Shown: positions 47,876 through 61,617 of the stretch, in pieces
How the letters are laid out: each line of letters begins with the position of its first letter
How positions within the stretch are numbered: position 1 is the stretch's first letter
NCBI RefSeq assembly: GCF_006345805.1
Contig: NW_021831286.1
Location: 62,001-126,000 of the forward strand
DNA from: Octopus sinensis
Lineage: Eukaryota
Length of the DNA: 64,000 nt
Direction of reading: 5' to 3'
The notes under the pieces: generated by a model
Told to the model about the DNA's origin: nothing
Seen by the model: the letters and a program-made list of their open reading frames with translations, nothing else
The model's database searches: none
Made by a program: the position numbers and the translations under genes

Positions 47876-49893
47876 CTAAGACCACACATGGAGTTGATAT
47901 TTTTTTGAGGTCTCCATTTTTTGCAGAAAAGAGTTGGCCTGGTCTGGTGACATATCGCCACAGCGACTAACTACTCTCTGAAAGGCCTCTCGGACATATT
48001 TTGGCATTAATTTAGCGTTTCTATAAAGATAATAATTAACTAAGTACCCGCTAATCGTCACGGTGGCCTCCAAGTCGGACAAAAAATGCCAAACTAATTC
48101 TCCGTTAGATTCAATCAAATGTTGAACATATTCTTTTTCTTTTTGGTCTCTCGAAAAAGCAGCAAAAAAGGAAAGCTTAGGATATTCAGGCCATTCAGAC
48201 TCGAAATAAAAATCGGCAAGTTTATTTCGACATCCAAAAAACAGCATATTTTCTAGCATATAAACATATCCGAAAACCATTAATGGAGTCACAGCTGCCA
48301 AGAAATGACCGAAAAGGTGAAATCCCAGTCCCCAAATTTAACCAATAAATGATACCTGGTCCGACCATAATATTGTGTTTACCAAAAATCAGTCCAGTTT
48401 TCTTTAGCTTGACCCAAACTTCATTTCCTTCTTCAAGAGATTGTAAAAAATTAGAGCAAGTCCCAATTCGGGGTTCCACCATCCCTTTCCGTCGATAGCG
48501 GACGACCACAAAAAGAATTTCAACTTGGTTTGAGGGACAGAGATCACGGGAGGCCACAGAGTAATCACGTGGTTTAAGTTCGGAAATAAACTCCAAAATA
48601 AATTCAAATGGAATATTTTTTGTCGTTTTTGGGAAATCCCGCATTACCTTTGTGGAAAAAAATAAAAAATACCTCATAGTAATTTCTCTTTGCATTGATG
48701 CAATATCGATGTAAATCGTCCTAAAAAATAACGTTGCTTTCTTACAAGTCCTTCATCACTAATTAATCCCAATAATCTGGACTTTTCGAGTTCATCGGTG
48801 GCCCAGAGGACAAAATTCGCGAAAAAAGACCTTCTGGGAATTCCGTTTATGTCCAAATAGTTCTCGAGTACTTGTCCCACCGTAAAACAACTTCGACCTC
48901 CAAATTTAACTGTAAATCATCATTTGGTTAAAGATGAACTTAAATTTTCAGAGTTTTGTATTTTAAATGTTTCATTTTCATTTCTGCCCAATAGATCCAA
49001 CATTTTTAAAACAAGTTTTGAGGGATTTTTGGGAATTATTGATATTACATCACCAGGAACTCGACTAAAAAAATTAAAAAGAAAAACCTTCCAAAATCGG
49101 GAGAAGTAGCAAATTTCAGAATACCTACGTTCTGAAAATGCGATTGTGGAGTCACTCTTCTGTTAGAGATCACACGAGCTCTACAAAAGCCTTTCTTTTG
49201 TACAGAATTTTCTTTTTCGAATGGTATCCAGGTAATTGGGTAAGTAAATATGTGCGGTCTAAAGCGTGAAAGAAATATGGAACCTCTCAGAAGGGTCTAA
49301 GCTAAAATCAGCAGAAAAACAACCAATAAACCTTGTTGCCAAATGAGAATAAAATCCGGGGATCCATCTACGCACATACCAATATGATCTTGACATTAAA
49401 ACGGAATTTACCCTAATGGATGAGAATCGTCTGCTAAACACGGAGTTAGTAAAGGCTTGGCTCCCAGAGAAATAAGCCGTCGATGAAGTTTTTTTGCTGA
49501 ATAATTAAATCTGGAGTTAAATTTTGTGAAATAAGACTTTTGATATGTCGAATCCCCCAATCCAATGACACCGTATTCCAAATGATCCAGGATTGTGGAG
49601 GGAAGATTTTTCCTCATAAGAAAACGAAAAAATTTCTGATAATTTCGATAAAAAAACTTTCATGTTTTCAGGTTCTTCTCCGTCGCCAGTTGTTGAACAA
49701 ACAAATAAAATTATTTGCTGTAGTCGAAGATTTTGCTAAAATAAATATTCATGTTAATTACCAGTTCATAATCATTCATATTGTTTAATTTTGATGGTAT
49801 TTTATGTTTTATTAAAGCTTTGTGAATTGTCTCGGCTATATCTTGGGCATTTCCTGTTTGACTGCCGTAAAGAACTGCAACTGATTCATCCAT
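47876..49893 (-). CDS. NDOR1: NADPH-dependent diflavin oxidoreductase 1
   Basis: 'VLYGSQTGNAQDIAE', 'GVIGLGDSTY', 'KPRDYSVAS', 'GTCSNFL', 'MVGPGTGISPFRS', 'LFFGCRNK', 'FSRDQKEKEYVQH', terminal 'VWS*'. Confidence 0.95.
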
Positions 49894-50242
49894 AAAGTTA
49901 AATTTTCACGTTAAAATAAAATTTTATATTACTTAATTAAAATAAATAAAACAATGAAAATTGCATTGTATTTTTCAAGTTGATACGAACTCGTTATATT
50001 TTGGTTGAAGGTGAGATTGATTAAATAGCAACATTTACCAATTCCATTCTCCCTATGGAAAGTCGCTCGGTTTTAACTGAGTTGCGTAAAAATTGTCTAA
50101 TTTGAATTAAAATACCACAATCTATATTTACCACTGACCATGTGACGTCAGATTTTGAATAGAACATTAAAATTCAATTTATAATCTCATTTTCCCTTTT
50201 TATTAACACAATGTCGTATATTGTACGTCTTAAACTTGTTAA

Positions 50243-53200
50243 ATGAGAATTTATACGATACCAAAGCACAATATGTCAGATACAAATCAATTTTCATATT
50301 TCTTATTGTCAAATTCTACTGCTGATCGTGTCAAAATAATATCCTCCGACTCTAAAATAATCAACTTTGACACAGAGCTTATTGATTTATCCTTTTACCC
50401 TCAATCTAATGTAATATGCATTGAGGATAAGCATATATGTTCTCCGACAAATATGAAAGTGCTTGTAATTTCTGGAGAAAATGGTATATTAGCAAACCAG
50501 TGGAACGAGTTTGGAATCTATGCAGATCTGAAAAAGCTTACTTTGAGTGATTCGAAGCAGCATCATACAACAATAGAAGAAATTGTCGAAAAAACCACTC
50601 AAATTCGTTTTCTTCAGCTCAGAAATGTTGGACTGACTTCAATTCCTATCAACATTTCAAATCTGAAACATATAGAATTTCTTGATCTTTCTCATAACCA
50701 AATCGAAGAAATTAACTCTGTACTGTATTTGACAAGTTTACAAAAACTTATTCTTGATTCAAATAAAGTGAATCGAATAGAAAGAGCTAATTTTCATGCG
50801 CGTTCCCTCCAACATTTTTCTATTTCTGGAAATGTGATTCAAAAATTAACTATGGACATGGTAATTATAAGACAGCTTAGATATATTGATTTGTCTAAAA
50901 ATTCGATAACTGCTTTTCCTCATGAACTTTTACTTCTTGAATCTGTCAAAGTCATTAACTGTTCCCATAATTTAATAACCACTGTTCCAATTATAACATT
51001 TTTGGGGAAACCAGTCCGAATACACATTATAGACTTGTCTTATAATAAACTCCGTGTTTTTCCATATAACATGCTGAAAAGAACTGAAATTTTGGATTTA
51101 GCTCATAACAGAATTACTCAACTCAAAGCAAAGTATTTTTATAAACTATCTCAAGATAGCAACATAGTATTTGTCTTTTTCACCATTTTAGAAACTTTAC
51201 TTATCTGGAAATCCAATTGAAGATTTGTCCCCCGAAATTTACGAAAATGGTCTCTCGACTATAATTCGACACTTTAAATACAACAATACACAATTAACAG
51301 TTTATTTTTATTTAAAGTCACTTTTAGTTTTATCAAGGGACTACTATTCTCCTCATCGGAAATAAAAACAGCGGAAAATCTAACTTGATTCATTCGATTT
51401 TGCAAAATCACGGAATTTATGGCGAATATAGGCCTACTGTGGGGATTTCAGTTTATGATGAACTCGAAATAGTCTTCCAAGATGTAGGTGCCGATTCAAT
51501 TCCGGTGAATATAAACCTTGTCGAATTAGCTGGAAATCATAACTATGTAGGACCACTAGAAGATTTTTATAATCAAATTCCTATCATTTGGCTTGTCGTA
51601 AATCTGAAGGAATACGAAAATGAAGGATTTGAGGAATGTTTAAAACCTTGGATTGACCTGCTTTCATATCGTGCTCTCGATAAACATTTAGTTGTTGTTT
51701 GCACACATAAAGATCTGTGTCGAAATTCGACTCAACTGTTGATAACAATAAAAAAACAAACCGAAGAGTATATTGAAAACTCGTTTGAACTAATGAGAAC
51801 TTTAAAAACGAAAATAAGTCAATTTGATGATCAGATTCCTGGTATTGCAGAATTTTTACGAAGACTTCAATTGGTCACCAACAAACCTTTCTTACATTTT
51901 CATAACGTTTTGTTTACAATAATTTTTTAGATATCAGAAGCTAGTGGTGTTACGCTGATTGGTGTGGACAAACTTTTGAACCAAAGCATCGATATAATCA
52001 AAAAATACTGTTGTTTTGCCTTAAAGCCAATTCCTTCTCGGTGGATGGATTTTATTGACTTTTTTGAAACCCCCGAAGACGGGAAAGTCAGTAGAAATAA
52101 ACTTTACTCAAAATATTTCCTTAATGCTGTTTCTATTGAACATCTAGAGAATTCACTGGGAGTTAAAATGGGAATATATGGACAGACAAAATATATTTTA
52201 CAATATTTATTAGATGTATTTGTCTATTAATATAATTTTTAGAAACAAAAAATTATCTGGAATAAAGATTTATCGACTTTTAAAACTACTTTGGTGACAA
52301 ATCTCTCAATATTTGCAGATATGATTGCAAAATTGTTTCACCATGACGTGGAAAGTCTTGTAATGTCTACTACCAGAGAAACTCTGAATGAACTTGGAAT
52401 CAGTCAAAAAGTTCTTAACAAGGCAATTGCTGAGCATCGTAATGGACTGTTAACCCCTCCTTTACTCCGTTTATTGTGGATTCAGCATCACGACGATATT
52501 ATTCGTTACAATAAACATGAAGAAGATAGCTCATGCTATATACAAAAACTGTCAATAATTAAAGATTATTTCAAGTCAATTTATTTTAAGAAAACTAAAG
52601 GTGATTCATAAGATCTATTTGATTAGAAATTGATTCGATTGTGCTGCCTGGACTATTGCCTCCTTCTCCTATAATGGATGATTTTCGTTTAAAGGCTCTC
52701 GGTTGTAACGTGGGACTAAATGTTTGTTTTTTGTTTGCAAATGTTATCCCTGCTGGATTAATGTCCAAATTAATTATCTACACTCTTCACAAGATTTCTC
52801 GCAATAAAAAACATGAACAGTGGAAATGGGGGGTTCTCGGTCATTTACGAAAATCAAATACTATTTTGATGGTCAGACACTTAATTTTTCAAAAAGAAGA
52901 AGCTCATAGTCCACTTATCGAACAAATTCTTGAATCAAAGAAAATGTCAAATCCAAGTGGAGATTGCATTGAGGTGTTATCTAGAATATTATTACTTAGT
53001 TTTGTATTCGAGAAGCTTCCTCATATATTCCTCATATAGAAAAATCTGATAAAGAATTAAATAATAAACCAAATCAATCTGAGGCTGAATTGTCACATTG
53101 GAGCAGTTTTTCGTCACTTGGATCTGAAAGAATCGGCAAAGGGGGAATACAAACGTCGGATTTATCTGTTTTGTGGAGTTCTTTAATAACAATCCTCCAT

Positions 53201-54440
53201 GAATGTTATCAAATAATTGCAGAGTATCCTGGTCACGATTTATACGAGTAAATAATATAGGATGCCCTGCATTGAGTCTCACTTCGTGCCCTCATTGCCT
53301 TAATTACACTTTTGGCAGTTACTGGTATTGCAATTTTGACTTGGATTCAGAAGTGAATCTTAAATGTTCATTTTGCCTGTCAAAAGTGGATAAAGAGTAT
53401 ATTATCCCTACCATTGAGCACAGAAATAGAGGTATTACTTTTTTAGTTATTTTAAGATCAACTAATATCCAAACTTATTCAAAATTGACTAATTTTTTTA
53501 AGTGTAATACTTTCAAATCTAATGTTCATTTTCTGAAACACGATTCATGTCTTTTTTATGCTGACTTACAATCTATAAAAATATTATTTAAACTGAATCT
53601 CTCAAAAAACTTTTAATAATAATTAATGCCAATAAAAAATAATGATTTTTGGGGGATAAAATAGTTCAAATCTATTAAATAAAATAATATATTTAAATAA
53701 AGAATTTTTAATTTCTCTTGTGGTTGAATGCTCATATTTTCAATTTTTTCCACTATTATTGGAACATTTATACCTGGTGACACTCACCCTATAGTGTATT
53801 GCAAACTTAAACCAGATTTTGAATCCACTGAGCTCGATTTACCATGCAAGGTATTGTCATCCATGGAAGATTGGATAGACCAAAATGGATTTATATTTCC
53901 AGGCCATGACCTCATTAAAGTCATTTCCTTTTATCTACCAAAATTGCGGTGAAAATTATTTTACAGATAAAGAAAACTTTTTGGGAAAATCCCATTATAA
54001 ACCCTTAAAATTTAAAGTGTGATTTCTAACAAATATTTAAGTTTTCTTCTTTTCAAAATGAAAATTGTAAAATTCTTTGCCAATTGACTGAGAAAATGAC
54101 CAAAATCGAGAGTTTAATCCAAGCTGAATATCACTATAACATGTTTATTGTATCTGGTCATTTAAGACTAATCAGCGATCATCCTGTTTTGTGGTGTTCG
54201 AATCATTCAAATGGAAAAAATCACATCTGCAAATATTCTGTTCCATTTGGGTGGATTAGTTCTACTCATATGAGAAATGAATATTTTGTGACCAATCATT
54301 ATCGACTTGTGCTAAAATATGTTCCTGTAAAGTTCCCGGATTATCGGATTGAAGCCGCAGGGCACATTGTGGACGCAAGGGTCTATCCATACGCGTTTGT
54401 GTTGTCACTTTATTTTAAGAACGAAAATTTCAACAAATAA
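50243..54440 (+). CDS. LRR-Roc-COR (ROCO, MFHAS1-like) protein
   Basis: About ten LxxLxLxxN repeats, P-loop 'IGNKNSGKS', G3-like 'ELAGN', G4-like 'VCTHKD', COR-like 'FANVIPAGLMSKLI...WKWGVL', Cys-rich C-terminal region. Confidence 0.7.
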
Positions 54441-54567
54441 TGAAGAATTGAACAATTTTTTCTACTTATCTATACTTTTTGAGGTTTTTGGAATTTTTAT
54501 TTTATTTGAAATATTGTAAAAGCTAGGAAAGATTTTTGATTAAGTCTAATAATTAATGCTGTAGGAA

Positions 54568-56069
54568 ATGAATAATGAAAACGGGTTTCAAAATCAAGTA
54601 AGAAGGGATGATTATTACTTGATTTGGTTTTTTGATTTAAATATTTCAAGTAACATTTTTTCGGGTTTATATGTCTTGAGTCTGTTCTATGTCCACATAA
54701 ATATACTCAGAGGAAACACGACGCTTAGTGTAAGTCATACTTACTTTTTCATTTTTAAAGTTATATAGTATTTATATATGCAATATACTGAGCAATTTTT
54801 TATCAAATGCTGGGAATTTTTTTTAATTGTTGGATTGGCTGGCGAATTTGTCTTGTTATGCTAAATGTTTTAAAATGAAAGCACTATTCGATTTATATAT
54901 TTTGCTTAGATTTCAAAGGAAAGTGGTAAAGATACTTGGAAGTACCTTCATTGCGATGTCTTCAGGATTCCGCCCAGAAGAATGCTACTTTCTGTCCTAA
55001 TAGGATCCGGCTTTCAAGTTTTTGTAACATTTTTACTAACTTTGGGTAATTTTTTGAATTCTAATTATTTAACAGTTTTCATAGTCATTTCAAGAATTGA
55101 CTTATTTTCGTATAGGTTTAACAACTTTGTGGTGGTTTGAATATTTGTTTAAATTTAGATTTGTTTTGTGCTGACAAGTACTCCGGCAGCATACATTACT
55201 GCAAAAATATATAAAAGTATTACTAAACATATTTTTTAAGCATTTGGGGGTCGGCGGTTTATTAAAATTTGGTTTTATTTTTCTGCATTTATTCCAGGGT
55301 TTAAATTAATAAATAATTAATTAGAATATGTATATTCTTGTATTCGTTTGTGAATATAATATATTATTTGAATGCTAGTAGTTCATGTGTGTCACAAATT
55401 GTATTTTGGAAATTCCTTGGTCTTTGGTGCACTCTTTATGCTCCAATGACATATTTTGGCTGCCATCTCGGAAAAAGAACTGAAGTCTGTTTTTTCATAA
55501 ATTTAATTTTGTCAGATTTCTATACCAAAGTCCAATACGATTCCCAGAAGTATTCCAGAAATGAGATATTTTTATACGAGGACTGTTCTATCAAATATTT
55601 TTGTTTCGTTAGGTCCATTTTGTTCCATTTCTATCATGCTTGGTCCAGTTATTGGTTGGATATGGTCTCATAATTATGTAAAATATGACATAGGGGACAT
55701 GACGTGTTCTATTTATACAGAGAATTGCTATTTGGAGTCATTTCGTTAATATTATCTTTGTGTTTCACTTCGTTTCTATTTGTTTATTATTGTCTTCTTA
55801 ATGAGGTTTTTTCCAAGTTTATTTGGCAGGACTATCGATGGTGGTGGAGGGCGTTCAATTGTGGAGGAACGTTGGCACTTCCTTTCATGGCGTTTTTTAT
55901 TGTGTTTTTTATCAATTTTGGAGTTTCTTCTTTTTCGTTTATGGTCATACGTGTTTTGCAGACGGTGGGGGTTGGATTTGTGGTGTGGCTGTTTGGTGGA
56001 TTTGTTTCGTTTATTTCCTGCTGGTATAGTGTTCAGAGATTATATTCTCAATCGGAATTTTCGAGATGA
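54568..56069 (+). CDS. transmembrane 9 superfamily (nonaspanin)-like protein
   Basis: 'WKYLHCDVFRIP', 'NTIPRSIP', 'DYRWWWRAF', C-terminal 'FVSFISCWYSVQRLYSQ'. Confidence 0.8.
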
Positions 56070-56138
56070 TGTTATTTTAATAGCAACAATTTTTATTTAA
56101 CCAATTTAAATTATTTTTTTCTGAAAATATTGCAATAT

Positions 56139-57742
56139 CCCACCACAATTATTTTTTTTAAATTTCCAATAAAAGTAAAAAGATAGCTAAGCTAATTAAA
56201 GGCCTCACGAGACACCCGGCCAGCCTCGCGAATGGCGAAGCCGTTCCCTCGGATCACAGCGATCGATAGACGTTCCAGGAGCCAAGAATACTCTCTTGGA
56301 TCGTGGCTAGTCCTTGAAATCCGTCGACCGAGCGAGCGAAGGAAGCGGAGTGTCTTGGGGCCGAAGATCCCGGAGGACTCCACGGCAATTGGAGTAAAGA
56401 ACAGCGAGTTGGAGAGGTGGCCGTACTTGAGAATCTTTCGCTCCTCGGCCTGCCTCGAAGCGTGCCCAGGATTGGCGGCGGACTGAGCGAGATTTCCCAG
56501 CGAGAACATGTCCGAACAGGTAGAATCCCAAATAAGGGATTTCCCCTGCTCGTATGGGAAGGTGGACATGCCGTCTGGGCGTTTGCCATCCCCTCTATCC
56601 AATCCATTCCTTGTCCAACAGGTTCCCGATGGAAGGGAGAGGGAGAGCCTTTAACCAGACACCGCTGCCTTCGCAGCGACCTGCACGGAGGCAAGCGACA
56701 CGGTGTTGATTGGAGACAGGAAGGAGGCCTTCGAAAATTGCCTGACAAGAGATTTCGTCCCATTGACGCTGTATAGATTGAGAATTGGGCAGCTTTGAAC
56801 CAAACCGAGCCTCCCACCGACCACGGGCAGCAGAGTAATCTTCAGACAATTTCCGTTCGGGGAGGTTTCTAAGAACGATGTCTGAGAGAGTACAAGAAGC
56901 GTGATGGGCGGATAGGAATGCCGGAAGGGCAAGATCGGAATAGGGCTCGATGACATTAAGCTTCTCGATCATTTTGGATAAGAGGGAAATTTTTCCAGCG
57001 AGTGAGCATTCGAGGGCAGAAGGCCCTATGGGGGCACAGAGAATCGTAAGATTTGATTTGTCCGTAATCCGGACGTCTGAAAGAATGCCTCGGCACGTGG
57101 AAATTGAAGCAGTGAAGTCACTCGGATTTAAGGCAATGTTCACGATTTCGGATTTATCGGCGTTTATAGATAGGCCGATGTCCGAGAGGGAAGGGAGGAT
57201 AGAACGAAGGTCGTCAAAAACAGCATCGGGGGGACCGCAAATGGTTGCGTCATCCAGATACCATATGTTAACTGGGGATCGAACGGAGTGAGCGATGCTG
57301 TTAACGCCCAAGGCAAAAGGACAGGACCCAGGGGATCTCCCTGTTCGACCCCGGTGGCCGAAGAGATGGGAACATCGTCGAACATGAGGATACTCGGGGA
57401 AGCGTATGAGAGATGTACAAAAGGATAGGCAAACAGAACCAGTTCGCGACAGCACTCCAGTAGGTGGTCACGTCTGATGGAATTGAAAGCGTTTGAGACG
57501 TCCAGTTTAACCATGATAGCCGACTGGGAAGATTCGATGAGTTCACGGATCGAATGAACGGCCGCTTTGCAGCCGTTTGGGACACCGACCCCGAGTTGGG
57601 CGGGGAGAAACTCTTGAGACAAAAAGGGGACAATTGCGTGGCACAAAAGTTTGGCAGAGAGCCTCCGAAAGATATTCCCAACGGCAATGGGTCTCACGCC
57701 GTTGTCCTTTTTCCCAAGGGCAGTAAGGTTGGCGGAATATAT
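56139..57742 (-). mobile_element. CRE-like RT-RLE non-LTR retrotransposon, 5'-truncated with internal deletion
   Basis: RT 'GVRPIAVGNIFRRL', 'KLDVSNAFNSI', 'QGDPLGP', 'WYLDD'; RLE 'GKRPDG...IWDSTC...EERKILKY...PIAVESSG'. Possible 9-bp TSD TTGCAATAT (56130-56138 and 57743-57751). Confidence 0.9.
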
Positions 57743-58381
57743 TTGCAATATATTTCATTATTAACCAAATTAAGAAAGAATGAAAATCAATGAAAATTGG
57801 CTTTTTTAATTAGAAACGTCAAATAACATTTTTTAGTTCCGGAGTATTGGTGGTTTTATATTTTACAAAATGCAACAATTTTAGTACTTAATTTTTTGGA
57901 GTAAGTGTTAACAATGTGACACGGTAAAAATTTGATTTACTTCCAAAGATGCTAATCACAGCCATATATACCCAGAACTATAAATCCAAGGATACATATT
58001 TGAGTGAGTCTCTTTGAATCGCTCAATAACTTGTAATTACAAGATTTTGGTATTAAGTAATTCGTCAAAATAAATAATAAGACTAAGGTTGGTTTTATTT
58101 AAACCAAGACAACGTTTGTGTAGAGAGATCTTTTACTTCAATATAATTGAAAACAGACTTTTTGATTGTTGTTGCATAACCCCGAAAAAACCCACAACTA
58201 CTCCCCTGTCGGATCGGATCGATTCCGCAACGTCGATGGCAGCAGAGCAGGCGCGAAGCCGTTGCTCCCAAGGACAGACCTTTTGACAAATAAAAATATT
58301 AATTTTATTAATAATAAATTAACACAAATAAAATTATCTGACATATTAGCATTGTTGTTGTCTAAATATTGTTTTGTGGCA

Positions 58382-60381
58382 ATGTCTAGGGAGGAGAAAA
58401 TATTATTTGCAAAACAAAAAGTATAAATTTACTTAATTTACCTTAAAGTTAAAAGAATTTCAAAAAAATAAAGAAACGTTAAAATCATCGGCCGAACCAA
58501 ATCCGGAAATTCCAGAAATCATAAAAGATTCCTCCACCGAATCAAAAAATCACCAAAGCGTAGATCTATTTATATATCCAAGTCAAACAATGATTATTTA
58601 CTGTCTCTCACTGAGCAATACGCGGCTAAAAACGACGAATTGTACCGTCAGCTCAATGAAACGGTTTGTGATTTATTATATTATCAGAAATCGAAAATTA
58701 TTGAACTTACTGAAATGAATTATCGCCTGGAGAATGAAAAGAGTGCCGAAAATCTGGTAAAGGCAACGAACGTCTCAGCAGAGGAAGTAAAATGCATCTG
58801 ATTAGGTATAAAGGAATATATTCGTACTGTTGGATGTTTGGTTGCCGAGAAAACTGAATTGTTGACAAAGTTGGCAGCTTGTGAGAACAGATTGAGAGTT
58901 GTTGAATGTTATTTGTGTATTTCAATCCCGCAGCTGAGCTAAATTCGGCGAATGTAAAACTTGGCACTGCAGAACAAAAACTTGCATCAGTCAGTGCTTC
59001 TTCGTCGTTTATTTCCGATCAAAATATCAAAAAAGTAATTTTATTAGTCAAATATGTCGTTTTATTAAATCATATATTTTTATTTGAGTAGATGGAGGGA
59101 GATTATTTGCATGAAATGAGCATAAAAGACACGGAATTGAAAATATTGCGAGAAAAAGTGAAAGAAAACGAAAAAATAATTGAAGAATTCAGAATTGAAA
59201 AACAAAAAAAAGTTTTTTTGTTGCAAAATTTGTAGTCATTTGAGACAATTCAACTCGAGGCAGAAACCAAAAGTTTAAAAAACCAGGTAGATAGACTTTT
59301 AGTGGCCTCTCAAGTAATATTTTGTCATTCATTTACACAAAGGACTTTAACTTGCTGCAAAATCAGTTTATGTCTTTAAACTCAGCCCACGGTGGATGTT
59401 CGGATAAAATAAACCAAGTTTTATTCACTCAATTTTGCTTAGCTTGAGCATTTGCTGAAAAGAGAAAAGGAATTGGCTGAGATTGCGAAATTAAAAATGT
59501 TAGAAAAACAACAAGAATATCAGCATGGGGTCGAAAAACAAAGTTGTTTATGTATGTTCGTTACTGCGAGGTGTTTTGGAGAAAAGTTGCGACGAAAAAG
59601 ATGCAAAATTGAAGCAATACTGCGAAGTTGTGGATTCTTTGGGAAATAGAATTCTTCTGCTGGAGGAATCACTTGATCAAAGCACTGCTTTGAACGTAGA
59701 ATTCACAGAGAAGCTAAGGATTTGGGTGGTCGATGTATGTGGGAGTGACTTTGTTACGACCAATTGGTTTTAATCAGAGAAATGAACTAATAAATTTAGT
59801 GAGATGGATATTGGATCAATGAGTAAATTATTCACTGAAAAATTAGCGGAGTTGTTGGTCCAGTCGAAAAATAACTATGAAGGATATAAGAATAAAGATT
59901 TGAGAGAACTGATTTCTCAGAAATATGAGGAAATGGTTAAAAGAATGAATGATTTGGACGAAACGGTGAAAACGATGAAAACCAAACTGGAAAATAAATC
60001 AAAAATTGTGGAAATATGCAAAGAAAAATGCACTACTAAGGTTAGCCTCACATCACATGTGCATAGAAGTTAGACATAAATTGTGAGAAAGACCGACTTT
60101 TGGAGATAATAGAGGAATTAGAGATTCAGAATAGATCGATAAGTTAATGATTATAGTGGATTTTAGACAAATATGTGGAACTTTACAGACAGCAGAGACA
60201 TATTTTGAATGATAAGATTGGAGAGAGGGGCAGAGTTATTGAAGAGCAGCGAAAACTATTGAGCTTGTACCAGGCTGGTGGAGAAGTCTTGCAAGACTGT
60301 TCCAAGATTGTACCAATAGTGGACCACTCTGGAACCACAAAGCTTTGCAAGGATTGCAAGGGACCTATTTATATTGCCTAA
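58382..60381 (+). CDS. GOLGA2: GM130/golgin subfamily A member 2-like coiled-coil protein
   Basis: N-terminal 'REEKILFAKQKLKEFQK' (cf. 'RQSKLAAAKKKLREYQQ'), long coiled coil, 'YVELYRQQRHILNDK' (cf. 'YIALYQSQRAVLKER'), C-terminal CxxC 'LCKDCKGPIYIA'. Confidence 0.6.
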
Positions 60382-60789
60382 TTTATTAATATTTATGGCA
60401 GTAGCCGTTTGTCAGACTAGTCTCTTTGTTGTTCATCGAATTTAACTGTCGATAAATCTACTAAGTCATTCATCCGAGAGCTAATACGTTGTGTATTCAA
60501 ATGCAACGGATAAATAAGATAGTGTTAATTGGTCTCATATTTGGCTAAGTTTTAAATATCATAATTAATAAACTCATATGTCGCTCATAATCATTGACCA
60601 AAATAAAATACACTTAATAAATAATACAAATAAACAACAAAAGAATATAAGAACGTGGTCCTACAATGTATTAATATATTATAATTTTCAATCACAAATT
60701 TAAAATAATCTTTGATAAAAATAAGATTATTTCTGTTTCAGAAAACTGATATTTCAGATCCCGGTGTAAAATATGAAGTCCTAGTCAAA

Positions 60790-61617
60790 TGCCTGTGTAC
60801 TTTGCGTCACTTTCTTCATGCCAGAAACTCATGAGCAAGTTCTCTAAACTGATTTTGAACATTACGTGCCTTCTGAGTTACCAATTGTCGGTCCTGAAGT
60901 AGCACTCGCAAAGACTTGAAATCCCGTACCTTCTGGAAAGGCAATTTGATTGGGACGAAATTTGCTTTCAATCCCGTATTAAGTCGTTCCGTGCATCGTT
61001 TGGTCTGTTTTGAGAAGGCCTGTCGTCCCCACAGCAGTGCCTGGTTAAATGCCACTCCACTGCCAAGTATTGGTAACCTTCTGGACAATGAATCCGTTAG
61101 GACTGGTGTCTGTTCACGCTTCGGTATTTGCCTATGTGAACCACATGTCTGCCGCTGTGGCGCAAAAATCTGTTGCTTTGTTCTGGATCGTGTAGACGCA
61201 GTGTTTGCCGTATCTCGCGGCACGCTGATCTCAATGACTTTATCAGGAGAGCCTTAGAAGTCTTTGGAATCCCCTCCATACTCAAACCCACTGGGATCGA
61301 TCGGGGGGATAGGAAGAGATCGGATGTTTCCCTTCAACAGAGGGAAGCCACTTACCTGGAACGCTCCGTGTGTAGACTCATTCTTGCCCGAGAACCTGCT
61401 AATGTCAGCATCCGCCTCTGGATTAATCGCCACAACTGCTAAATGCAAAAAGATGCAGAAGTATTTTTTACAAGTGGAGAAATACCAATTCCTTCCATTC
61501 GCAGTTGAGATGTTCGGTTCCATGGGAGGAAAGGAAATCAGCTTCGTTCAGGATATCGGCGATAGTAAACTCTAACTCTTTCTCGATCGCATTAGCCTCT
61601 CGCTTTGTAAAGAATTT
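60790..61617 (+). mobile_element. degraded CRE-like element (thumb, CCHC knuckle, RLE)
   Basis: 'SSAWLNATPLPSIGNLLD', 'CRCG', 'RHADLNDFIRRAL...IPSILKPTGIDRGDRKR', 'PFAVEMFGSMG'; frameshifted. Confidence 0.8.
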
